The notes below the pieces were generated by a model. That model was given only the letters and a program-made list of their open reading frames with translations. It was not told where the DNA came from and made no database searches. A stretch of 26,947 bases of DNA, from assembly GCA_043804515.1 (NCBI GenBank), contig JAZDIZ010000172.1:1-26947 (forward strand), in the 5' to 3' direction. How positions within the stretch are numbered: position 1 is the stretch's first letter; the number at the start of each line of letters is the position of its first letter. Shown here piece after piece: positions 16,770 to 26,215 of this stretch. Origin of the DNA: Pseudomonadota bacterium. Lineage in GTDB: Bacteria > Bdellovibrionota_G > JALEGL01 > DATDPG01. The position numbers and the translations under genes were made by a program.

Positions 16770-17157
16770 GCAGGCCCTCCAGGTCCTCTACCTCATCGAC
16801 CTGACCGGAATGCCCGGGGACGCCGCGCTGAACCTTTTTAAGACCAACTTCGAATCGGAGGAGGAGGATTTCGATTTCGTCTGCGAGCTGGTGCGCGGTG
16901 TTTTGGAGCACCAGAAGGACATCGACGAGCTGATCGAGAAACACGCCGAGAACTGGAAGCTCTCGAGGATGCCCCGCATTGACCGGAACATTATACGGCT
17001 CGGGGCGTACCAGATCCTCCATCGGGACGACATTCCGCCGGCGGTGGCCCTGGACGAATCCGTCGAACTCGGAAAACGCTTCGGGGAGGAGAAAACGCCC
17101 GCTTACGTGAACGGCGTCCTCGATCGGATTTTCCGCGAGCGGCCGAATCGCGTATGA
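16744..17157 (+). CDS. nusB: Transcription antitermination factor NusB
   Basis: ATG 16744 gives MGSRRRAREQALQVLY...NWKLSRMPRIDRNIIRLG...VALDESVELGKRFG...YVNGVLD; follows ribH. Confidence 0.95.
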   Translation: MGSRRRAREQALQVLYLIDLTGMPGDAALNLFKTNFESEEEDFDFVCELVRGVLEHQKDIDELIEKHAENWKLSRMPRIDRNIIRLGAYQILHRDDIPPAVALDESVELGKRFGEEKTPAYVNGVLDRIFRERPNRV

Positions 17158-17169
17158 TTCCCTGGCCGC

Positions 17170-17685
17170 ATGAAAATTGAGCGCTACAACCGGACGCTGG
17201 ACGAGTTGACGGTCGACCTGATCGTGGCGTCGCTCTTTGACACCGACCGCCCACCCCGCGGGGTGAGCGGCCTGGCCGACTGGCGCCTGAACGGTTTCAT
17301 CTCCCGCCAGATTCTGAACGGCTCGGTAAAGGGGACCAAGGACGAGTGGGTCCTGCTCCCCCTGCATCGGCGCCTTCCCGCCCGGCGCCTTCTTCTCGTA
17401 GGCCTGGGCCGGCGCCAAGACTTCTCGATCATGCAGGCCCGGCATGTGGCTTATAAACTGGCGAAGCTTCTCAAAGGATTGGACACGGTCGATGTGGCCC
17501 TGTCCTTTCCATCCGCGATCGATGAAAACGAGCCCGGCGACACGGAGCGCGCCGTGGCGGACGTCCTCAAACAAGCCCAATTGCGTGAGGACCTTCTGGT
17601 CCGCTGGGTTGCCGCGCCGGCCGAGGAGCCTTTCCCCTTGACCGCCCCCGCCGACACCGGGTCGCCGCATGCGATGCCCAAATAG
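17170..17685 (+). CDS. Stand-alone leucyl aminopeptidase (M17) N-terminal-domain-like protein
   Basis: DRPPRGVSGLADWRLNGFISR...LPARRLLLVGLG resembles the non-catalytic M17 N-domain; at 171 aa it has no catalytic domain. Confidence 0.7.
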   Translation: MKIERYNRTLDELTVDLIVASLFDTDRPPRGVSGLADWRLNGFISRQILNGSVKGTKDEWVLLPLHRRLPARRLLLVGLGRRQDFSIMQARHVAYKLAKLLKGLDTVDVALSFPSAIDENEPGDTERAVADVLKQAQLREDLLVRWVAAPAEEPFPLTAPADTGSPHAMPK

Positions 17686-18124
17686 CTTTATTTCCCTTCT
17701 CTTTTTCCTCCCGGTGACCGCCGGAATCGCCGTCGCCCAGGAGAACGTCTATGTCGGCGCCGAACGCTGCCGGTCCTGCCACGTCAAGGCTTACGACGTC
17801 TGGACCCGCTCCCAGCATGCACGCGCACAGGCTTCGCTCCCGGAGAGCCGGCGTGGCGAGCTTAGGTGCCTGTTCTGCCACGCCACGGACACGCAGGCGA
17901 ACCTGGTTGATTACGCGTGGCGAAACGTGCAGTGCGAGGCCTGCCATGGGGCGGGGAACCGGCACATCGCGCTCGCCGTGAAGAACGCCGAAAAGGTCGC
18001 GATCACCGGATCGCTGGAGCAGGGTAACGAGCAGAAATGCCGGAACTGCCACGGGGATATCCGCTCCCCCAATATCCGCCCGTTCAATTACGCGAACGCC
18101 GTCCAGCGCATAAGACACTGGTAA
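17669..18124 (+). CDS. Periplasmic tetraheme cytochrome c (c554-like)
   Basis: Signal peptide and four CxxCH motifs (CRSCH, CLFCH, CEACH, CRNCH), in a YVGAERC..CH...W..S.HA...VQCEACHGAG..H pattern. Confidence 0.88.
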   Translation: MRCPNSFISLLFFLPVTAGIAVAQENVYVGAERCRSCHVKAYDVWTRSQHARAQASLPESRRGELRCLFCHATDTQANLVDYAWRNVQCEACHGAGNRHIALAVKNAEKVAITGSLEQGNEQKCRNCHGDIRSPNIRPFNYANAVQRIRHW

Positions 18125-18411
18125 ACAAACCTGGATTCCGGTGACCACATGCCGGACTCTGCGGGTGCGTCCTGGCTACTTTCCGAGCGGGTGTTCGGGC
18201 CGGTGCGTTGTGCACCCCCAACACCCCGGCCGGGAACTCTTCGTAAGAGCGCCTTTACGCGCTATCAACTTTTGCGGCGCTATCGCTCCAAATTTGTCTG
18301 GTTAGTGCCCTTCGTCCAAAACGCTGCGCGCGCGATTTCCCCGGGCGATCGGCAGGTTTCGCTTCCGAAGGAAAAAAACAAAGCCCGCCTTACTTCTTAT
18401 TCTCGAATTCG

Positions 18412-18475
18412 GGGGACAGCTTACCTATTTCCGGAGCAAGGGGCTCAGCGAGGCTTAAATAGGATAGCTGTCCCC
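18412..18475. repeat. REP-like inverted repeat
   Basis: GGGGACAGCTTACCTATTT (18412-18430) and AAATAGGATAGCTGTCCCC (18457-18475) are complementary at 17 of 19 positions, with a 26-bp spacer. Confidence 0.75.
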
Positions 18476-18525
18476 TTATTAAGCCGGGAGTTCTCCGAAA
18501 CAGCGCCTTCACAAGCTATCGGTAA

Positions 18526-18732
18526 TGGGCCGTGGGTCTTGTTCATCAACGAGCGCACACGATCGATCCGCGGCGGCGGGGTGCAAGGAAGCCCCGACGG
18601 GCGTGCCAGAAATGGCCGTCTCCATGCGTACAAAACTACGGCCGTTGAGCGCGCCGAGGGACGGTGAGCGGCGTAACGCGAGCCGATCCCGTCCCGGAAG
18701 GGCACTTGCGTTCCGCCGCCGCTGGTTGCCCA
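18526..18732 (+). ncRNA. Candidate structured non-coding RNA, family not recognised
   Basis: An 18-bp stem (18570-18587/18705-18722) has three G-U wobbles that pair only on the + strand. It encloses nested helices and a GAAA tetraloop, and ends just before the prkA promoter. Confidence 0.5.
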
Positions 18733-18743
18733 CAGAGTGGCTG

Positions 18744-18772
18744 TTGCCGTAAGTGCCCAGACAGATTATACT
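18744..18772 (+). promoter_or_regulatory. Putative sigma70 promoter of the prkA operon
   Basis: TTGCCG (18744-18749) - 17 bp - TATACT (18767-18772), 46 bp before TTG 18819. Confidence 0.6.
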
Positions 18773-18818
18773 TTGTCGTTCGCCGGCAGTTTGCGCGTTT
18801 CAAAAATGGGAGGCCACC

Positions 18819-20894
18819 TTGAGTCCAAATGATGCATCCAAAATCATCTCGCTGATCCAGGGAAAGCAGGACCTCGAATCGTTCAGGGCGCTGAACTGGG
18901 AGGGTGCCTTCGAGGACTATCTCCAGCTCGTCGAAAAGTATCCTCGGGTTTGCCGCTCCGCTTTCCAGCGCATCTACGACATGATTCATTCCTACGGCTC
19001 GGAGGAGTACGAGGACGGTAAGAAAAAGATCACGCGCTTCCGTTTCTTCTCCGACCCGATGGACGACGGAAAGGACGCCGTTTTCGGCCTCGACCTCCCC
19101 CTTCAAAAAATGGTGAACATCTTCAAGAGCGCCGCCCGCAATTACGGCACGGAACGCCGCGTTCTGCTCCTCCACGGACCCGTCGGATCGGCCAAATCCA
19201 CGATCGTTCGGCTCCTCAAGAAAGGGATAGAAGCCTATTCCAGAACGCAGGAAGGGGCTCTCTACACGTTCGCATGGAGAATCAAGAACGCCGACTTCCC
19301 CAGCCCGATCATGGACCTGGAGGAGATGCCTTGCCCCATGCATGAGGAGCCGCTCCACCTGATTCCCAACGAGTTTCGTAACGAGGTCGCTACGAACCTC
19401 AACAAGCACAACAAATCCGACTTCAAAGTCGCGATCGACGGTGATCTTTGCCCCGCCTGCCGGCAGATCTTCAAGGAACTGACAAAGCATTACCAGGGCG
19501 ACTGGACGCAGGTGATCAAGCACATCGTCGTGCGGCGCCTTCTCCTTTCGGAACGCGACCGCGTCGGCGTGGGGACGTTCCAGCCCAAAGACGAGAAGAA
19601 CCAGGACTCCACGGAACTCACCGGAGACATCAACTACCGGCGGATCGCCCAGTACGGTTCTGATTCGGATCCCCGGGCGTTCAATTTCGACGGCGAGTTC
19701 AACATCGCCAACCGGGGCATCATCGAGTTCGTGGAGGTTCTTAAACTCGACGTGGCGTTTCTGTACGACCTACTGGGTGCTTCCCAGGAGCACAAGGTCA
19801 AACCCAAGAAATTCCCGCAGACCGACATCGACGAGGTCATCATCGGCCACACGAACGAGCCGGAGTACAATAAACTCCAGAACAACGAGTTCATGGAGGC
19901 CCTTCGGGACCGCACGGTGAAAATCGATATTCCTTACATCACGAAGCTCAACGAAGAGGTGAAGATCTACCACAAGGATTACAACAAGAGGAAGATCACC
20001 TCGAAACACATCGCGCCGCACACGCTCGAAATGGCGGCCATGTGGGCGGTCCTGACGCGCCTCGAGGAGCCGAAAAAGGCGAACCTCACGCTGATGCAGA
20101 AGCTCAAACTGTACGACGGAAAAACGCTCGCCGGTTTCACGGAAGAAAACATCCGCGAACTCCGCAAGGAGGCCCAACGCGAGGGAATGGACGGCATTTC
20201 CCCCCGATATATCCAGGACAAGGTCTCCAACGCGCTCGTGGACGAAAAGAACGAAGGGTGCGTCAACCCCTTCATGGTTCTCAACGAGATCGAGGCGGGC
20301 CTGAGGCACCACTCCCTCATCTCCACGGAGGACTTGAGAAAGCGTTACCGGGAGCTCATCACGATCGTGAAGCAGGAGTACGAGGACATCCTGAAGAACG
20401 AGGTTCAGCACGCGATCAGCGCCGACGAGGACTCCATCTCCAAGCTCTGCTCGAACTACATCGACAACGTGAAGGCCTGCACGCAACGTGAGAAGGTGCG
20501 GAACAAGTACACGGGCGCCACGGACGAACCGGACGAGCGGCTCATGCGCTCGATCGAAGAGAAGATCGACATCCCCGAATCGCGCAAGGACGATTTCCGG
20601 CGCGAGATCATGAACTATATCGGGGCCCTGTCCTTGGACGGGAAGACGTTCAACTACAAGACGAACGAACGGTTGTACAAGGCGCTGGAGCTCAAATTGT
20701 TCGAAGACCAGAAGGATTCGATCAAGTTGACGAGCCTGGTTTCGTCGGTGGTGGACAAGGAAACACAGGAGAAGATCGACGTGGTCAAGAAGCGAATGAT
20801 CAACAACTACGGGTACTGCGATATCTGCGCGACCGACGTGTTGAACTTCGTGGCCTCGATCTTCGCACGAGGGGACATCAAGGCCGAACAATAA
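18819..20894 (+). CDS. prkA: PrkA/YeaG family serine protein kinase (AAA+ type)
   Basis: RBS GGGAGG at 18808-18813 with TTG 18819. Walker [58 protein letters not shown] and [10 protein letters not shown]. Confidence 0.95.
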   Translation: MSPNDASKIISLIQGKQDLESFRALNWEGAFEDYLQLVEKYPRVCRSAFQRIYDMIHSYGSEEYEDGKKKITRFRFFSDPMDDGKDAVFGLDLPLQKMVNIFKSAARNYGTERRVLLLHGPVGSAKSTIVRLLKKGIEAYSRTQEGALYTFAWRIKNADFPSPIMDLEEMPCPMHEEPLHLIPNEFRNEVATNLNKHNKSDFKVAIDGDLCPACRQIFKELTKHYQGDWTQVIKHIVVRRLLLSERDRVGVGTFQPKDEKNQDSTELTGDINYRRIAQYGSDSDPRAFNFDGEFNIANRGIIEFVEVLKLDVAFLYDLLGASQEHKVKPKKFPQTDIDEVIIGHTNEPEYNKLQNNEFMEALRDRTVKIDIPYITKLNEEVKIYHKDYNKRKITSKHIAPHTLEMAAMWAVLTRLEEPKKANLTLMQKLKLYDGKTLAGFTEENIRELRKEAQREGMDGISPRYIQDKVSNALVDEKNEGCVNPFMVLNEIEAGLRHHSLISTEDLRKRYRELITIVKQEYEDILKNEVQHAISADEDSISKLCSNYIDNVKACTQREKVRNKYTGATDEPDERLMRSIEEKIDIPESRKDDFRREIMNYIGALSLDGKTFNYKTNERLYKALELKLFEDQKDSIKLTSLVSSVVDKETQEKIDVVKKRMINNYGYCDICATDVLNFVASIFARGDIKAEQ

Positions 20895-20926
20895 CGGCGA
20901 AATCCGGCCTCGCCGCGCGAGCGCGC

Positions 20927-22036
20927 ATGGCACTGAAGATCGACAACGACTACAACCGATTCAAGCAGATCGTCCGGGGACGGATCAAGCAGGATCTCCG
21001 CAAGTACATGTCCTCCGGCGAGATGATCGGGAAAAAAGGAAAGGACCTGGTATCGATCCCCGTCCAGCGCATCGATCTCCCCCATTTCGTGCACAGCCCC
21101 CAACAGAAGCAAGGGGTCGGGCAAGGGGACGGGCAGCCGGGCACGATCCTGTCCCCGGGCGATCCGCGCGGCGGCTCGGGCCGGGCCGGCTCGCTCCCCG
21201 GGCAGCACATCCTGGAAGTGGACATCCCCTTAAGCGAGTTGGCCGCGATCCTGGGTGAGGAGCTGGAGCTCCCCCGCATCGAACCCCGCGGCCAGAGGAA
21301 GAACATCTCGAGCACGAAAGAGAAGTATTCGGGTATTCACCGGGCCGGCCCGGAGTCCCTCCGGCATTTCAAGCGCACGTTCCGCCAGGCGCTCCGGAGG
21401 CAGATCTGTATGGGCACTTACAATTTCGAGAACCCGGTCATCATCCCGATCCGGGAAGACCGGAGATACCGCTCGTGGAAACTGGTGCCTCAGCCCGCAA
21501 CCAACGCGGTCATCATTTACATCATGGACGTTTCGGGATCGATGGGCGCCGAGCAGAAGGAGATCGTCCGCACCGAAAGTTTCTGGATCGACGCCTGGCT
21601 CAAGAGCCAATACAAGGGGATCGAAACCCGCTACCTCATCCACGACGCCGCCGCGAGGGAGGTGGACAGCGAGACGTTCTACCACACGAGGGAATCCGGC
21701 GGCACGATCATTTCCTCCGCATACAAGCTTTGCGACCGGATCATCCATGACGAATACGACGCCAAGGAATGGAATCTGTACGTGTTCCATTTCTCGGACG
21801 GCGACAACTGGTCGGGCGAGGACACGGAACTCTGTTTCCGGCTCTTGAAAGACCGCATCCTCCCCTATCTGAATCTCTTCTGCTACGGCCAGGTGGAATC
21901 ACAGTACGGCTCCGGCCAGTTCCTCAAGGACATCAAGGAACACATGAGCGGCTTCGAGAACCTGATCCTCTCCAAAATCGACAGCCGCGACGACATCTAC
22001 GATTCGATCAAAACCTTTCTCGGGAAGGGGAAATAG
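20927..22036 (+). CDS. yeaH: YeaH/YhbH (DUF444) vWA-domain protein
   Basis: [35 protein letters not shown] and HFSDGDNW; lies between prkA and spoVR. Confidence 0.92.
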   Translation: MALKIDNDYNRFKQIVRGRIKQDLRKYMSSGEMIGKKGKDLVSIPVQRIDLPHFVHSPQQKQGVGQGDGQPGTILSPGDPRGGSGRAGSLPGQHILEVDIPLSELAAILGEELELPRIEPRGQRKNISSTKEKYSGIHRAGPESLRHFKRTFRQALRRQICMGTYNFENPVIIPIREDRRYRSWKLVPQPATNAVIIYIMDVSGSMGAEQKEIVRTESFWIDAWLKSQYKGIETRYLIHDAAAREVDSETFYHTRESGGTIISSAYKLCDRIIHDEYDAKEWNLYVFHFSDGDNWSGEDTELCFRLLKDRILPYLNLFCYGQVESQYGSGQFLKDIKEHMSGFENLILSKIDSRDDIYDSIKTFLGKGK

Positions 22037-23571
22037 TGTCCGATCTCACGATCGACCTGGCGAAGGCCCGCGAGGAGATCGAGCAGTACGCCCGGGGATT
22101 CGGCCTGGACTTCTTCCCCACCATTTTCGAAGTCCTGGAGTTCGATGAAATCAACCAGGTAGCCGCCTACGGCGGATTCCCCACGCGCTACCCCCACTGG
22201 TCCCACGGGATGGAGTTCGAGCAGCTTTCCAAGGGGTATGAGTGGGGTCTCTCGAAGATCTACGAGATGGTGATCAACAACAACCCCTGCTACGCGTACC
22301 TCATGAAATCGAACCCACTTATCGACCAGAAGCTGGTCATGGCGCACGTTTACGCCCACTGCGATTTCTTCAAGAACAACTATTGGTTCTCCCGCACCAA
22401 CCGCCGGATGATCGACGAAATGGCCAACCACGCCACGCGTATCCGGAGGTACATCGACAAATTCGGATTTGAACCCGTGGAGTCGTTCCTGGATACGTGT
22501 CTCTCCGTCGACAATCTGATCGACGCCCACTCCGTTTTCACCACGCGTTCCCAGGATCTCACCGAACCCCTCCGGGATTTCCTCGAGGAGGACGAGGATC
22601 TCTCCCCCCGCCCCAAGATCCCGAAGCTCAAGAGCAAGGATTACATGGACGCCTACATCAATCCGCCCGACTTCATGGAGGCGCAGCGGCAGAAGATCGA
22701 GGACCGCAGGAAAAAGAAGAAGAAATTTCCGGAGGAACCCACGAAGGACGTCCTGGCCTTTCTATTGAGCCACGCTCCCCTGGAACGATGGCAAAGAGAC
22801 GTCCTCTCCGTCGTGCGGGAGGAGGCCTACTACTTCGCCCCACAGGCCCAGACCAAGATCATGAATGAAGGTTGGGCCGCCTACTGGCATTCCACGATCA
22901 TGACGCAGAAGGTCCTCAAGGATTCGGAGATCGTCGACTACGCGGACCATCACTCGGGTACCCTCGCCACGCAGCCGGGGCGGCTCAATCCCTACAAACT
23001 GGGAATCGAGCTGTTCCGGAACATCGAGGATCGCTGGAACAGGGGGAAATTCGGCAAGGAGTACGACGATTGCACGAGCCTCGTCGAAAAGAAAAAATGG
23101 AATAAAAAGTTGAACCTCGGAAGAGAAAAAATCTTCGAGGCCCGCCGCGTGTACAACGACATCACATTCCTGGACGAATTTCTCACCGCGGAATTCTGTT
23201 TCGAACAAAAGATGTTCACGTACGGGTTCAACCCCAAGAGCGGAAATTACGAGATCCTTTCCAGGGAATTCGAAAAGATCAAAAAGCAGCTTCTGTACTC
23301 GCTCACCAATTTGGGGCACCCCATCGTCTTCGTCGCGGACGGCAACTTCGAAAACCGGGGGGAGCTCCTCCTGGAGCACAAGCACGAGGGGATCGACCTC
23401 CGCATGGATTGGGCCAAAGACACGCTGGCAAACTTACATAGGATATGGCAACGCCCCGTGAATCTCTTGACGGCGTTCGACGGGCAAGGAAAGCTGCTTT
23501 CCTATGATGGAGCGGAGCACCGTGAGCGGAATACGGACGAAAAGAAGCCCGGCTCTTCCGATCCTGAGTAG
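22036..23571 (+). CDS. spoVR: SpoVR/YcgB family protein
   Basis: GTG 22036 overlaps the yeaH stop. GFPTRYPHWSHG, KIYEMVINNNPCYAYL, HVYAHCDFFKNN, TKIMNEGWAAYWH and NPYKLG. Confidence 0.95.
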   Translation: MSDLTIDLAKAREEIEQYARGFGLDFFPTIFEVLEFDEINQVAAYGGFPTRYPHWSHGMEFEQLSKGYEWGLSKIYEMVINNNPCYAYLMKSNPLIDQKLVMAHVYAHCDFFKNNYWFSRTNRRMIDEMANHATRIRRYIDKFGFEPVESFLDTCLSVDNLIDAHSVFTTRSQDLTEPLRDFLEEDEDLSPRPKIPKLKSKDYMDAYINPPDFMEAQRQKIEDRRKKKKKFPEEPTKDVLAFLLSHAPLERWQRDVLSVVREEAYYFAPQAQTKIMNEGWAAYWHSTIMTQKVLKDSEIVDYADHHSGTLATQPGRLNPYKLGIELFRNIEDRWNRGKFGKEYDDCTSLVEKKKWNKKLNLGREKIFEARRVYNDITFLDEFLTAEFCFEQKMFTYGFNPKSGNYEILSREFEKIKKQLLYSLTNLGHPIVFVADGNFENRGELLLEHKHEGIDLRMDWAKDTLANLHRIWQRPVNLLTAFDGQGKLLSYDGAEHRERNTDEKKPGSSDPE

Positions 23572-24211
23572 CCTTCTCGCCTTTTCCACCGCCGCCTTCG
23601 GCGGGACCCTGATCGACCAAACCGTTGCCGTCGTCGGAAAGCGAGTGCTGACACTGCGTGAGATCAAAGCCGATCTTTGCGTCGGCCAGCTCTTGAAAGG
23701 AAGAAAACCGTCGGATTCCCAACAGCCGGACCTTGCCTCTCTTCGGCAGGCCCGTTCGGAAATAGTGCGCCGGGCGCTGATTCGGAACTATCTCTCCACA
23801 ACAGGTCTTGCGGTTTCCGAACCCAAGGACCGCGTCAAGAGGCTTACGGAATCGGTGCGCTCCTCATTCGCGTCTCAGGATCAGCTGGCGGCTTTCCTGG
23901 CCCAGCGGGGCATATCGGATTCGACTCTAAACGACCTTCTTTCGGACCGGGCGCAGGAGGAGGCCTTCGTTCAAGAGCAGCTTTCCCTCCGGGTTCAGGT
24001 AAGTGACAAGGACGCCAGGGTTTATTACCAGCGGGAAAAGAGCCGGCGCTATCTGGACAAGCCGTTCGAAAGCGTGGAGAAACTCGCCAGGGAATCGGCC
24101 CGGCGGGAAAAACTAGACCAGGAGTTTCAGAAATGGTTGGACGAGGAAGTGCACAGAACGGAGATCCTGCTTCTCCCGCTTCCAAGCGAAGACCCGACCT
24201 CGGGCAAGTGA
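23504..24211 (+). CDS. SurA N-terminal-domain-like periplasmic chaperone
   Basis: Signal peptide, then LIDQTVAVVGKRVLTLREI, VQVSDKDARVYY and FQKWLDE; no complete parvulin domain. The start is uncertain (23504, 23507 or GTG 23522). Confidence 0.65.
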   Translation: MMERSTVSGIRTKRSPALPILSSLLAFSTAAFGGTLIDQTVAVVGKRVLTLREIKADLCVGQLLKGRKPSDSQQPDLASLRQARSEIVRRALIRNYLSTTGLAVSEPKDRVKRLTESVRSSFASQDQLAAFLAQRGISDSTLNDLLSDRAQEEAFVQEQLSLRVQVSDKDARVYYQREKSRRYLDKPFESVEKLARESARREKLDQEFQKWLDEEVHRTEILLLPLPSEDPTSGK

Positions 24212-24681
24212 CTCTTTCGGCCCTTCGGCCTTTGGATCTGCGCCGCGTGCACGAGATCGAGATGGCCTGTTATGCGTATCCCTGGACGCTCGATTCGTTC
24301 CGCGAGGTCCTGGCGGTGGCTTCCCCGTTCACCAACATCGCCATCCGGGATCAAAAAGGCCGCGTGGTCGCCTACATCATATTCTCGGAGGTCGCGGACG
24401 AACTGCACATCCTGAATGTGGCCGTGGACCCCGCGTTCCGACGATACGGCCTGGCTACGGTCATGCTCATGCGCGTCCACCAGCAAGCCGTCCGCCGGGG
24501 GAGAACGCAGGCTTTTCTGGAGGTCCGCGAATCCAACGTCTCCGCACAGAAACTCTATGCCAAGTTCGGATACACATCCCTGGGCCGCCGGAGGGACTAT
24601 TATTCCGACGACCATGAGGACGCCATTCTCATGGTGGCGCCGCTCAAAAAGGCCTCGCCCAAGAACGGAGAACAAAGATGA
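24208..24681 (+). CDS. rimI: Ribosomal-protein-alanine N-acetyltransferase
   Basis: GTG 24208 (GTGA overlap). IE...Y.YPW, DELHILNVAVDP.FRRYG, FLEVRESN..AQ.LY.KFGY...GRRRDYYSD..EDAILM. Confidence 0.9.
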   Translation: MTLSALRPLDLRRVHEIEMACYAYPWTLDSFREVLAVASPFTNIAIRDQKGRVVAYIIFSEVADELHILNVAVDPAFRRYGLATVMLMRVHQQAVRRGRTQAFLEVRESNVSAQKLYAKFGYTSLGRRRDYYSDDHEDAILMVAPLKKASPKNGEQR

Positions 24682-25403
24682 CCGACGCCCGCCCGATCGT
24701 GATCATTCCCACATACAACGAGGTCACCAACCTGACCGAGCTCTTGAACACCGTTTTCTCGCTTCCGTCCCGGTTCGACGTCTTGGTCGTGGACGATTCC
24801 TCCCCCGATGGGACCGGGAACCTTGTGAAGACCCATCCGCAATTCGGACGGCGGCTCTACCTGCTCGAGCGTTGCACGAAGGCCGGCCTCGGAACGGCCT
24901 ATCTCGACGGATTCGCCTGGGCCTTCACCCGCACGTACACGCACATCGCGCAGATGGACGCCGATCTTTCGCACGACCCTTCCGATCTGGAACGGCTCCT
25001 GGACGTGGCAAAGGGCGGCGGCGTCGCTCTGGGTTCCCGGTACATCCCGAACGGCGGCGTCGAAGGATGGTCCCGCCGCCGTTTGATGCTCAGCCGCTTC
25101 GCGAATATATACGCCCGCTGGTTCACGCGCGTTCCCGTCCACGACCTGACGAGCGGGTTCAAGTGTTACCCTCGGCCGATCCTTCAGTCGATCCTGGCGC
25201 TTCCGGTTGTCGCCGAAGGATACGCATTTCAAATTGAGACCATCGTCCGTGTGCACAGGCGCGGAAACTCCGTAACCGAGGTCCCGATTCTTTTCCGGGA
25301 AAGGCGCCGTGGCCAGAGCAAAATCTCCAGGAAAATCGTTTGGGAGGCGCTTTGGCTGGTGGCCAAGCTGGGCATGGGGCGTGCCGGGAGCCGGCGGCCT
25401 TGA
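24678..25403 (+). CDS. Polyprenol-monophosphomannose synthase-like glycosyltransferase (GT2, DPM1-like)
   Basis: IIPTYNE, VVDDSSPDGTG, GLGTAY..GF, QMDADLSHDP, GSRY, DLTSGFKCY, GYAFQIE and EVPILFRERRRGQSK. Confidence 0.9.
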   Translation: MTDARPIVIIPTYNEVTNLTELLNTVFSLPSRFDVLVVDDSSPDGTGNLVKTHPQFGRRLYLLERCTKAGLGTAYLDGFAWAFTRTYTHIAQMDADLSHDPSDLERLLDVAKGGGVALGSRYIPNGGVEGWSRRRLMLSRFANIYARWFTRVPVHDLTSGFKCYPRPILQSILALPVVAEGYAFQIETIVRVHRRGNSVTEVPILFRERRRGQSKISRKIVWEALWLVAKLGMGRAGSRRP

Positions 25404-26215
25404 TCCGCCCCCGCTCGGCGGAGTGGACGGGAGAAGTTCTTGAATTGTCGGACCCCGGGGGAGGATACAACGTCCTTTCCTTGAAGGTCCCGCGGGCATT
25501 TCCCTCAGCAGGGGCCGGATCGTTCGTCATGCTCTCTACGGGGGCGAAACAGGAATCGCCCCTCCGCAGGCCGATGGCCATTCACGATCTCGTCCGGTGC
25601 CAAAATGAAAAGAGGCTCGATATCCTCTTTACCCCGCTGGGACCCGGCACACGTCGCTGGCTGAAGCTCAAGAGGGGGGATCGGCTTTCCCTTTTGGGTC
25701 CGATCGGAAATTCCTTTTCCAAGCCGGGGAAAAAAGACCGGTTCGCCGTAGTGGCGGGAGGAACCGGTTTGGCCGCCTTTCTTCTGTGGCGCCGCCGGCT
25801 CACCGGAGCGGAACGCAGCCGGACTCGCTTTTACTTCGGCTTCCGCAATCGTGCCCAGCTTGCAGTGCTGGCGAGATTCCGCAAGGCAGGGCTGCGCCCT
25901 TTGTGTTCAGTGGAGGGTCCAGGAGGAGATTTCCGCGGAACCGTTGTGGAGTTCGTGCAAAAGGAACTGCCCCGTTTTGCGTTCACCCGCATTCTTGCAT
26001 GCGGCCCCGAGGCGATGCTCGAAGCGCTCCTCACGATCGCAGCCAAACGCGGCGTCCCCGTGGAAGCTTCGCTGGAGGCGAAAATGGCCTGCGGAGTCGG
26101 AGCTTGTTTAAGCTGTGTCACCGACATGGTCAAAAGCAGCGGGACGGAAGGATATGCCTTGGTTTGCCGGGACGGGCCTATTTTTGAACTTTCCGTACCA
26201 CGGCGATCTCCGTAA
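25400..26215 (+). CDS. pyrK: Dihydroorotate dehydrogenase B electron-transfer subunit-like protein (FAD, 2Fe-2S)
   Basis: TTG 25400 (RBS GGGAG; overlaps the GT2 stop). LRRPMAI, LGPIGNSF, VAGGTGLA, ACGPEAML and SLEAKMACGVGACLSC...VCRDGPIF. Confidence 0.85.
   Translation: MIRPRSAEWTGEVLELSDPGGGYNVLSLKVPRAFPSAGAGSFVMLSTGAKQESPLRRPMAIHDLVRCQNEKRLDILFTPLGPGTRRWLKLKRGDRLSLLGPIGNSFSKPGKKDRFAVVAGGTGLAAFLLWRRRLTGAERSRTRFYFGFRNRAQLAVLARFRKAGLRPLCSVEGPGGDFRGTVVEFVQKELPRFAFTRILACGPEAMLEALLTIAAKRGVPVEASLEAKMACGVGACLSCVTDMVKSSGTEGYALVCRDGPIFELSVPRRSP

Noticed and set aside
18575..18704. FMN riboswitch-like words (GGCGGGGTGCAA...CCCCGAC...GTCCCGGAAGGG)
   Set aside because: The core FMN motifs (ACCGGCGGT, AGCCCGCGAGC, CCGACGGT..AGTCCGGATG) are not properly present, and the site is downstream of the rib genes.
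18149..18752. ORFs 18149-18667, 18445-18705, 18509-18733 and 18525-18752, and the extended prkA start at 18753
   Set aside because: No recognisable motifs or RBS, and they run through palindromes. The 18753 start lies inside the predicted promoter, whereas TTG 18819 has a strong RBS.
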